From NCBI GenBank assembly GCA_965203175.1, contig OZ241867.1, positions 4,352,001 to 4,416,000 on the forward strand: 64,000 nucleotides of DNA, read 5' to 3'. The translations under genes were made by a program, and so were the position numbers. Below the pieces are notes generated by a model that saw only the letters and a list, made by a program, of their open reading frames with translations, searched no databases and was not told where the DNA came from. Shown here one piece after another: positions 10,140 to 17,572 of this stretch. How positions within the stretch are numbered: the first letter of the stretch is position 1; the number at the start of each line of letters is the position of its first letter. Origin of the DNA: Candidatus Latescibacterota bacterium (GTDB lineage: Bacteria > Latescibacterota > UBA2968 > UBA8231).

Positions 10140-10991
10140 ATGCCTGAGATCGCTTATGTCAACGGCCGCTTCTGTCCATTGGCCGAAGCTGTGGTGTCGG
10201 TCGAGGACCGGGGCTATCAGTTCGCCGATGGGGTCTATGAGGTCGTTGGAACCTACGGCGGGTGCCCCTATGCCTTAGAGCCGCATTTAGCGCGCCTCCA
10301 AGGCAACCTAGCAGCACTTCACTTGCCGTTGGATATCCGCGAGTATGGCCTTAAGACCAAGCTAATGGAGGGCATCGAGCGGAGCAGTTTTGGCGAGACC
10401 TTGATCTATATCCAAGTCACGCGGGGAGTCGCCCCTAGGCAGCACGAGTTTCCCGCTGTCCCGGTTGCTCCCACTGTCGTAATGACGTTTAAGGAATTGC
10501 GTCGCCTGCCACGGGACCTCTACGACCGCGGCGTCGAAATTATTAGCACCGAAGACTTGCGCTGGAAGCGCTGCGATATCAAAAGCATCGCTTTACTGCC
10601 CAACATTTTGGCCAAGCAGACGGCGATGCAAGCAGGGGCTTTTGAGGCTCTGCTAGTGGATGCGGAAGGCCGAGTCACCGAAGGGGCTTCAACCAGTGCC
10701 TTCTGCGTACAGGCGGAGCGATTGTGTACTGCGCCTATCGGTTCCCACATCCTGCCGAGTATCACCAGAGGGATTCTTCTCGATTTAGCCCGCGAGCTCG
10801 GTATACCCATTGACGAAGAATTTTGCACGCTGGAGCAATTTAAGGAAGCCAACGAGGTCTTCATTGCCGGTACTACGCTTGAGGCGATGTCAGTGGTAAA
10901 AATCGACGATGCCGTTATCGGCGATGGTGCACCGGGGACGATAACGCAGCAGATCCGCGCTGCGTTTATGGAGTCACTGGATTTGACCTGA
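10140..10991 (+). CDS. Class IV aminotransferase (D-amino-acid transaminase-like)
   Basis: EDRGYQFADGVYEV, YIQVTRG, RCDIKSIALL (PLP Lys), ILPSITR. Confidence 0.88.
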   Translation: MPEIAYVNGRFCPLAEAVVSVEDRGYQFADGVYEVVGTYGGCPYALEPHLARLQGNLAALHLPLDIREYGLKTKLMEGIERSSFGETLIYIQVTRGVAPRQHEFPAVPVAPTVVMTFKELRRLPRDLYDRGVEIISTEDLRWKRCDIKSIALLPNILAKQTAMQAGAFEALLVDAEGRVTEGASTSAFCVQAERLCTAPIGSHILPSITRGILLDLARELGIPIDEEFCTLEQFKEANEVFIAGTTLEAMSVVKIDDAVIGDGAPGTITQQIRAAFMESLDLT

Positions 10992-11010
10992 AAGGGCAGG
11001 GGTACCACAC

Positions 11011-11050
11011 AAAAAAGGGGACGTGCAGACAGGCTGCGCGTCCCCCTTTT
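11011..11050. terminator. Bidirectional intrinsic terminator between convergent genes
   Basis: AAAAAAGGGGACGTGCAG-acagg-CTGCGCGTCCCCCTTTT hairpin with A/T tracts on both sides. Confidence 0.75.
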
Positions 11051-11069
11051 GCGTTGTTGCCAGAGATTT

Positions 11070-12485
11070 TTAATGAATGACGATCATCTTGGTTTCGGTC
11101 ATTTCCTCGACCGCGTACCGGGGCCCCTCCTTGCCCATGCCGCTTTCCTTGAGGCCACCATAGGGCATCAGATCGGCTCGCCACTGAGTGCCCCAATTGA
11201 TGTGGATGTTGCCCGATTCCACTTGCTGGGCAAACTGGAGGGCCCAGTTGAGATTCTCGGTGAAAATTGCGGCGCTGAGACCATAGTTGGTGTCGTTGGC
11301 CATGGCGATGGCTTGGTCGATATCGTCGATCCGGCTGATGCCGAGCGCTGGGCCGAAAATCTCGTCGCAGGAGACCTTCATCTCCGGTGCTACATCGGCT
11401 AGGATGGTCGGGGCGTGCATTGTGCCCTCGCGGGTGCCGCCTGTGACGACGCTGGCCCCAGCCCCAACGGCTTCTTGCACCCAAGCCTCGACGCGCTCGG
11501 CATCTTGGACGCGGATCATCGGCCCCATCTTGACGTCGTCGTCGAGGGGATTGCCGGTCGTTAGGGATTCGACAGCGGGTTTGAGGGCGTCTATAAAATC
11601 CCCGTACACCTCGCTGCTGGCGAAAACTCGCTGAGTTGAGATGCAGACTTGGCCAGCGTTGGCAAAGCCGGTATTGGCGGTGGCCGCGGCGACCTTTTCG
11701 AGATCGGCGTCCGGCATGACGATTAGCGGAGAGTTGGAACCCAGTTCCATGGTCACTTTCTTCAGGCCGGCGACCTGACAGATGTGTTCGCCAACATCGC
11801 GGCTGCCTGTGAAGCTGATTTTGCGGACCTTGGGATTGGAACTGATCGCATCGCCAATGACGCCGCCCGAACCCGTGACGCATTGAATAGCTTCCTCCGG
11901 CAGACCCGCGTCGACAAAAATCTCGGTCAGTTTGAGAGCCGAAAGCGGGGTATCGCTGGCGGGTTTGACGATGATCGCGTTGCCGGCGGCCAGCGCGGGG
12001 CCGACTTTGTGGCAGACGAGGTTGAGCGGGAAGTTAAAGGGGGTAATAGCGGCTACCACGCCACAGGGAACCCGCAGCGTAAAGCCGAATTTGCCCTCCC
12101 CATTAGAGGCCCCGCTCAAGTCGAGCGTTTCGCCAGTCAGGCGCTTGGCTTCCTCGGCAGACAGGACAATGGTCTCTTGGGCACGGGACGCCTCGCCCAT
12201 GCCCTCGGTGAGGATCTTGCCCTCTTCGAGCGTGATGGTGCGCCCTAGGTCGTCGAGCCGCTCTAGCATTAGGTCGGCCGCGCGATGGATGATCTCGTAG
12301 CGCTCATGGGCACTCATTGCGGCCATGATTTTGGCACCGCGCTCGGCCGAGTCAATGGCGCGGTCGATGTCTGCGGCGTCTCCCCTGGGGACGGTGTCGA
12401 CGACTGAGCCATCGTAGGGGTTGACGACGTCCATGGTTTCGGCTTTGTCAACCCATTCTCCGGCGATGTACATCTTCATAGTCAA
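11070..12485 (-). CDS. Aldehyde dehydrogenase family protein
   Basis: ITPFNFP, KPAS, SFTGS, MELGSN, GQVCIS catalytic Cys, EIFGP, PYGGLKESG. Confidence 0.93.
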   Translation of the reverse strand: MTMKMYIAGEWVDKAETMDVVNPYDGSVVDTVPRGDAADIDRAIDSAERGAKIMAAMSAHERYEIIHRAADLMLERLDDLGRTITLEEGKILTEGMGEASRAQETIVLSAEEAKRLTGETLDLSGASNGEGKFGFTLRVPCGVVAAITPFNFPLNLVCHKVGPALAAGNAIIVKPASDTPLSALKLTEIFVDAGLPEEAIQCVTGSGGVIGDAISSNPKVRKISFTGSRDVGEHICQVAGLKKVTMELGSNSPLIVMPDADLEKVAAATANTGFANAGQVCISTQRVFASSEVYGDFIDALKPAVESLTTGNPLDDDVKMGPMIRVQDAERVEAWVQEAVGAGASVVTGGTREGTMHAPTILADVAPEMKVSCDEIFGPALGISRIDDIDQAIAMANDTNYGLSAAIFTENLNWALQFAQQVESGNIHINWGTQWRADLMPYGGLKESGMGKEGPRYAVEEMTETKMIVIH

Positions 12486-12558
12486 CTTCCTTTTTAAGGT
12501 GGATGGTAAGTAATCAACAAGTTAAGTACGCGCTTTTACCTGTCAAGCGAGTTCAAGG

Positions 12559-14001
12559 TTAAATACCCACGCGGTTTTCATAGGCCAAGGGTCGTCCCTC
12601 GGCATCGAGTAAGGGCTGTGGTGGGGCCTTCTTTTGGGTTAGCAAGCTGACGATTACCAAGGAGAGGGCGGAAAAGGGCACGGCCAAAAGGTCGGCTGGC
12701 AAATCCGAGGAGAGCACCCTCAGTACCTGCCAGGCGCACAGGCCTACCCCTATGGAGGCCAAGGCCCCGGGGCCATTACTCTTGGACCACCACAAGCCAG
12801 CGGTTAGCGGGACGAACAGCGAGGCGAGGAGTACGGACCAAGAATCGACCATCAAATCGTACACCGAAGCAGTCCGGAGGGCCAATAGCAGAGATAGCGC
12901 GCCCAATAGGAGGACGGACAAGCGCGTCACGCGCAGCGACGCCCGCTCTTCGGCATCGGGTTTGAAGTAGCGCAGGAGATCCCAACCAATGACACTCGCT
13001 GGAGCGAGGAGGGCACTGTCGGCGCTGGACAGGATAGCCGAGACGAGGGCACCCATAAAGAGGATTAAGGCTATATCTGGAAGGTATTTTAGGGCGAGGG
13101 ACATCATAACTAGGTCGGGATCGGCCAGATCCGGAAGGATGACCGCACCCGCCATGCCGAGAAAAACGGGCAATAGCCCAACCGTTATATAAAGCAGCCC
13201 AGCGAGGTAAGCGCTGCGATAAGCGACCTTTTCGTCGCGGCTTGAAAGACAGCGCTGGATTAGGTCTTGGCCCGCTAGGCTGCCGAGTCCGATGACTAGC
13301 CAGTCGCGTGCATAGGCCAACCAACTGGCCGCGTCGCCGCGGGGGTAGAAATCGAAGCGGGAGGCCGGAATTTGGGCGACGAGGGCCTTCCAGCCGCCCA
13401 TGTCGCCGAGGAGGATCGGCGTCAAAATAAGCAGCCCGAGCACGAGGACGGTCACTTGGACGAAATCGGTTAGCGTGACGGCCCACATACCGCCGGCCCA
13501 AGTGTAGATCAGCACGATGACTGCGGCTGCGCAGATGCCGACAGTGGGATCGATGCCGGTCAGGATCTGCAGGATCCGTCCAAAGGCCACCAAGAGCGAG
13601 CCGGTCCAGCCGACATAGGCGGGAATGGTGCAAAGGCTCGCCAGCAGGCCCGCCCGAGGGCCGAAGCGGCGGCTAAAAAAAGATGCGATCGTCATCAAGC
13701 CCATGCGCCGCATCAACCGCACGTAAAAGAGGCCAGCGATGAACAGGCACAAAGCCGCGCCAAAAGGGTCGGCAATGACCGCGAGGATACCGCCCTTGTA
13801 TGCAGCACTCGCAGCGCCAATGCAGATTCCACCGCCAAACCACGTCGCGGCGAGGGTCGCGGTGCAGAGTAACAGAGGCAGGCGTTGACCGGCGAGGATG
13901 AAGTCAGTCGAGTTGTGGACTCGGCGACCAGCGTATAGGCCAACGCCGAGCATCACCAAGAGATAGACACCCAAGCCGATCAAGACCAATGGATTGGCCA
14001 T
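12559..14001 (-). CDS. Sodium:solute symporter (SSS; choline-transporter-like)
   Basis: About 13 TM helices; ATWFGGG, GGMWAVTLTD, QRCLSSR, SAILSSADS. Confidence 0.88.
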   Translation of the reverse strand: MANPLVLIGLGVYLLVMLGVGLYAGRRVHNSTDFILAGQRLPLLLCTATLAATWFGGGICIGAASAAYKGGILAVIADPFGAALCLFIAGLFYVRLMRRMGLMTIASFFSRRFGPRAGLLASLCTIPAYVGWTGSLLVAFGRILQILTGIDPTVGICAAAVIVLIYTWAGGMWAVTLTDFVQVTVLVLGLLILTPILLGDMGGWKALVAQIPASRFDFYPRGDAASWLAYARDWLVIGLGSLAGQDLIQRCLSSRDEKVAYRSAYLAGLLYITVGLLPVFLGMAGAVILPDLADPDLVMMSLALKYLPDIALILFMGALVSAILSSADSALLAPASVIGWDLLRYFKPDAEERASLRVTRLSVLLLGALSLLLALRTASVYDLMVDSWSVLLASLFVPLTAGLWWSKSNGPGALASIGVGLCAWQVLRVLSSDLPADLLAVPFSALSLVIVSLLTQKKAPPQPLLDAEGRPLAYENRVGI

Positions 14002-14040
14002 TGCAAGATCCTTTTTTAAGATTTGTTATAATAACTAAAG

Positions 14041-14087
14041 GAGTGAAAATGGCCAATGACGCCAGCCAAGTGGCGAATATGGCCATT
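14041..14087 (+). promoter_or_regulatory. Putative enhancer (UAS) pair for a sigma54 activator
   Basis: GAAWATGGCCAWT repeated at 30-bp spacing (14045 and 14075); second copy lies within TGGC-N7-GCCA; about 80-120 bp upstream of the -24 box. Confidence 0.5.
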
Positions 14088-14162
14088 AAAAAGTAATAAT
14101 TTGATCTATATTTTTCCTGTAATATATTGGGCTATAATCAGTTATGGATATGACAATGCTTT

Positions 14163-14178
14163 TGGCATGGTCCTTGCA
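14163..14178 (+). promoter_or_regulatory. sigma54 (-24/-12) promoter of pspA operon
   Basis: TGGCAT-GGTCC-TTGCA matches TGGCAC-N5-TTGCW with exact GG/GC spacing; preceded by AT-rich tract. Confidence 0.85.
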
Positions 14179-14227
14179 GGTTAGAAACAACGCATGATAA
14201 GCTTCACTCAATCAAGGAAGGTGTGCG

Positions 14228-14902
14228 ATGGCTAAGGGAGCCTTTTCGAGGATAAGCGATATCCTCAAGTCCAATATTAACGAGATGCTCGACCGGGCCG
14301 AAGAGCCAGACAAGATGATCCGCCAGATGGTGCGGGACATGGAAGAGGCAGTAGGCAAGGCCACGGCCTCGGTAGGGACTGCTGTGGCCAACCACAAGCG
14401 GCTCGAGCGCCAGTTCAACGACAAGCAAAGCCAGGTCGCCGAATGGCAGGGCAAGGCCGAACGGGCGGTGGAAGCGGGTGAAGATGCGCTGGCGCGACGG
14501 GCGTTGGAGCGCAAGGCGGTGTTTGCCAAAGCTGCCGAGGATCTGGCTCCGGCTGTGGAGGAAAGTCGGCAGACGGCCGCGCAGTTGCGCGAGCAACTGC
14601 GCGAGCTGAAGACCAAGCTCGAAGAAGCACGGACCCGACAGGGCACGTTGATTGCTCGCCACCAAGCTGCCCAGGCCCGCAAGCGTCTGGCCCAGAGCAT
14701 TTCCGGGTTGGGTGAGGATGCCTTTTCCAGCTTTGAACGCTTTGAGCAGAAAGTCGAAGAGAGCGAGGCAGAGGCGGCCGCCCACACGGAGATTTCGGGC
14801 GAGATGGAAAACATTGAGAAAGAGATCCGCCAAATCGAAGTCGATCACAGCGTTGACGACGAATTGAAGGCCCTAAAGGACAAGATGAATAAAGACAAGT
14901 AA
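14228..14902 (+). CDS. pspA: PspA/IM30 family protein (bacterial ESCRT-III)
   Basis: FSRISDILKSNIN.MLDRAEEPDKM..Q; A..A...GEDALARRAL; FERFEQKV; C-terminal VDDELKALK. Confidence 0.95.
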   Translation: MAKGAFSRISDILKSNINEMLDRAEEPDKMIRQMVRDMEEAVGKATASVGTAVANHKRLERQFNDKQSQVAEWQGKAERAVEAGEDALARRALERKAVFAKAAEDLAPAVEESRQTAAQLREQLRELKTKLEEARTRQGTLIARHQAAQARKRLAQSISGLGEDAFSSFERFEQKVEESEAEAAAHTEISGEMENIEKEIRQIEVDHSVDDELKALKDKMNKDK

Positions 14903-14950
14903 TCCTTTGTTCCACAGCATGTTGTGTAATCTGCTGAATTCGAGGAACTA

Positions 14951-15475
14951 ATGGCTGTGACGATGAGACCGCCCGATGCGGCAAAAAGCGAGGTACGAAG
15001 TGCTATGGAAGGGGGATTCAAGCGCCTAGGCGCTCTTTTTCTCAAGGTAATGGCCGTGCCGATGGTGCCGATAGGGCTGGGGTTTATGCTCTACGGACTT
15101 TTCCAAATTCTCCATGCCGATGGCCCAGATTCCCATTTTGAGTTTTTCGCCGTTGGCGTCACTCAGACCATTTTCGGCAGCTTGCTCTGGGTGCTGGCCA
15201 AAAAGCTCGATGCGGCCGCGCATTTGGTGCGCTACCGACGGCAGCAGAACCGCGTGGTGCGGCTGGCCCAGAAGAGAAATGGCCGCCTGACGGTGACCGA
15301 AACGGCGGCCGATACCGGGCTGACGGTCGAGGAAGCCTCGGAGATTCTCAAGCGCTTGGCCGATGGGGGATTCGTCGAGGTCGAAATAACCGATTCGGGC
15401 CTGATCGTCTATCGCTTTCCAGAAGTGCTTTTCGCGCATGAGAAACACTGGAGCCAAGGCGTCGAAAGCGCCTGA
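14951..15475 (+). CDS. Two-TM membrane protein with C-terminal winged-helix domain
   Basis: Two hydrophobic segments, then GRLTVTETAADTGLTVEEASEILKRLADGGFVEVEITDSGLIVYRF wHTH pattern. Confidence 0.7.
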   Translation: MAVTMRPPDAAKSEVRSAMEGGFKRLGALFLKVMAVPMVPIGLGFMLYGLFQILHADGPDSHFEFFAVGVTQTIFGSLLWVLAKKLDAAAHLVRYRRQQNRVVRLAQKRNGRLTVTETAADTGLTVEEASEILKRLADGGFVEVEITDSGLIVYRFPEVLFAHEKHWSQGVESA

Positions 15476-15511
15476 TACAAACAGGCTATAGCTCGGACAG
15501 GGAGGGAGCAA

Positions 15512-15787
15512 ATGAGTGGGTTTTTACAGCTCGCCATTGGCGTATGTCTCATCATCCTGTGCAGTGGATTGGTCAATTGGGGCAACAAGTATTATTCGAG
15601 CCGCAAGCGACGAGACAAAAAAGCCAAAGAGGAAGAGGATTTGATCGTCAAGCGTCTAGAGCGAGTAGAGCAGCGGCTGACCGAGGTGCAGGACGTGATG
15701 ATCGCCCTCAGCGAGAAGATCGACTACATGGATGGAGTAGGGACTAAACCTAGATCACAAAAAGAGCAAATGGGAACGGAGAGCTGA
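15512..15787 (+). CDS. Small single-TM coiled-coil protein (PspB-like architecture)
   Basis: GGGAGGGAG RBS; N-terminal TM, basic linker, RLERVEQRLTEVQDVMIALSEKID. Confidence 0.75.
   Translation: MSGFLQLAIGVCLIILCSGLVNWGNKYYSSRKRRDKKAKEEEDLIVKRLERVEQRLTEVQDVMIALSEKIDYMDGVGTKPRSQKEQMGTES
15671..15736 (+). repeat. 66-bp direct repeat copy A
   Basis: 61/66 identical to 16073-16138. Confidence 0.9.
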
Positions 15788-15823
15788 CAGGAAGAGTTGA
15801 TTCCATAGATAAGGAGTTAAATC

Positions 15824-16186
15824 ATGGCCAAGAACAAGGAGAGCCTCCTCGGATTCTTAGGCTTTATCGTGTTATTTGTTGTTGTCTTTTTTTTATTTAC
15901 CAGCCATCCCTTGGGGCCTAGCTTTCCCTACATTCTGACGCCACTCTTGTTGGCTGTTGTGGCGATTTTCGGCATCGCTAAAGTTGCCGAATACCTCAAG
16001 CTCAAGGCGACTGTATCCGAGGACAAGGGCATTGAGCCTGATGAACTGCGGGAACGGCTAGCCGGAATGGAACAGCGGCTGACTGAGGTGCAGGACGTGA
16101 TGATCGCTCTCAGCGAAAAGATCGACCACATGGACGGAACAGGATCTAAGTCTTGGGAGCGCCAAGAACCGCGAGAGCAAGGCTAG
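15824..16186 (+). CDS. Small two-TM coiled-coil protein, paralogue of upstream gene
   Basis: AAGGAG RBS; two TMs; RLAGMEQRLTEVQDVMIALSEKID. Confidence 0.75.
   Translation: MAKNKESLLGFLGFIVLFVVVFFLFTSHPLGPSFPYILTPLLLAVVAIFGIAKVAEYLKLKATVSEDKGIEPDELRERLAGMEQRLTEVQDVMIALSEKIDHMDGTGSKSWERQEPREQG
16073..16138 (+). repeat. 66-bp direct repeat copy B
   Basis: 61/66 identical to 15671-15736. Confidence 0.9.
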
Positions 16187-16189
16187 GCC

Positions 16190-17545
16190 GTGAATTGGCT
16201 CGACCGCGCTGTAGAGGCTTGTGAAGGTGCGCGTTGGGCCGAGGCTCTGGACTGGTGCGAACGCGGCCTAACGCAGGAGCCCGACGACTTGGAACTCCAG
16301 CACCGCAAAGGGCTTTGCCTCTTGGAACTGGGGGACGAACAAGCGGCCATCGCCGCACTGGAAGCGACCGCGACGAGTGGTCATCTAGAAAGTCACTACC
16401 AACTCGGTTTGCTCGCAATGCGCCAAGGGCGGCGGAACGCCCGGTTCCGCGATCAGTCGCTAGCGCACTTCGAGGCCATTGTGCGCGCGACTGAGGAAGG
16501 GCGCGAATACCCTGCCCTCGACCGCGTCTTTTTCGCTCTTGGTAGCCAGTACAACGAAGATCCACAGCGCCGTGAGGAAGCCATCCGCGCGTTCCGCCAA
16601 GGGTTGGCGATCAACCCGCTTTCCGCGGCTGGCCACAACAGTTTGGGCCAGCTTTTGCTGCAAGGCGGCCAAGTGTTAGGGGCGATGGGGGAATTCAAAG
16701 TCGCCATCCAACTCGACCCTAAGCTCAGTCAGCCGTACGCGAATTTGGCTCGTTTGTTTTTTCGCCATGTAAAACCCCCTGAATTAGAACAAGAATACCA
16801 GCACATCTGCGAGGAATTCAAGCAAAGCGCTCCGCAGGTCCTCGCACGTCTGTCGCTGGAAATGGTCGAGTTGGGAAAGGAACAGGTGTACGAGGGGTTT
16901 TACACGAAAGGGCATCGCATCAAAAACCTGATGGGGATCATCGGCAGCCGCTTGCGGGGGCTAGGGCGCAAGGCCGAAGGAAAGCAGCAGGGGGAGTTGA
17001 ATCGCTTAGGGGGCGAATACGAGGCTCTGTACGACGAGTGGGTGGGGTTCTTGGAAGCGATGAAAACGGATAAAATCCATCCGGCGGTAATCGATCTCGG
17101 ACGCTTAGTGCGCCGGGTGACCGCCGGATTTGACCGCCAAATTTGGAAAGCCGCGATTCAGACGCGAGTTCAAGAGGGCTTACCGCGCGTGGAGGCCGAT
17201 GAGCGGATGCTGCGCGAGGCCATTACCAACCTCTGCCTCAACGCCTTGGAGATTCTCGAAGAAAACCACGGCGGCCGAGTGGTGTTGGGAGCTGGCTACG
17301 ACGAGGAGCAGTCGCTAGTCTTTATTGAGGTCGAGGACGATGGGCCAGGCATTGAGGAAGAGCATTTGGAATTGATATTTGAGCCTGGATTTACCACTAG
17401 GGAGCGGGGCAATGGCTATGGCTTGAGCATTGCGCGCCGCATTGTCCAAGCCCATCAAGGCGTGCTGCGAGTCAAGAGCAGAAAGGGACATGGAACTGTT
17501 TTTCGGCTCGATCTGCCGCTCAATTTCGCGGGCGGCGAGACCTAG
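16190..17545 (+). CDS. TPR-repeat sensor histidine kinase (no TM)
   Basis: N-terminal TPR repeats; H-box HRIKNLMG; N-box NLCLNA; G1 DDGPGI; F-box FEPGFTT; G2 GNGYGLSI. Confidence 0.88.
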   Translation: MNWLDRAVEACEGARWAEALDWCERGLTQEPDDLELQHRKGLCLLELGDEQAAIAALEATATSGHLESHYQLGLLAMRQGRRNARFRDQSLAHFEAIVRATEEGREYPALDRVFFALGSQYNEDPQRREEAIRAFRQGLAINPLSAAGHNSLGQLLLQGGQVLGAMGEFKVAIQLDPKLSQPYANLARLFFRHVKPPELEQEYQHICEEFKQSAPQVLARLSLEMVELGKEQVYEGFYTKGHRIKNLMGIIGSRLRGLGRKAEGKQQGELNRLGGEYEALYDEWVGFLEAMKTDKIHPAVIDLGRLVRRVTAGFDRQIWKAAIQTRVQEGLPRVEADERMLREAITNLCLNALEILEENHGGRVVLGAGYDEEQSLVFIEVEDDGPGIEEEHLELIFEPGFTTRERGNGYGLSIARRIVQAHQGVLRVKSRKGHGTVFRLDLPLNFAGGET

Positions 17546-17572
17546 CCTTTCAGTGATTGAACGAGGACGGGC

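Noticed and set aside
13904-14086. 60-aa ORF upstream of the SSS transporter as a small accessory subunit or leader peptide
   Set aside because: Overlaps the transporter out of frame by about 100 nt, lacks an RBS and coincides with the putative UAS sites
14048-14088. Imperfect inverted repeat as riboswitch or terminator
   Set aside because: No U-tract or known riboswitch core; better explained by partly palindromic protein-binding sites
14204-14984. Long antisense ORFs opposite pspA (and similar shadows elsewhere, e.g. 24405-25499, 42129-43196)
   Set aside because: Expected shadow ORFs of GC-rich coding DNA; no motifs
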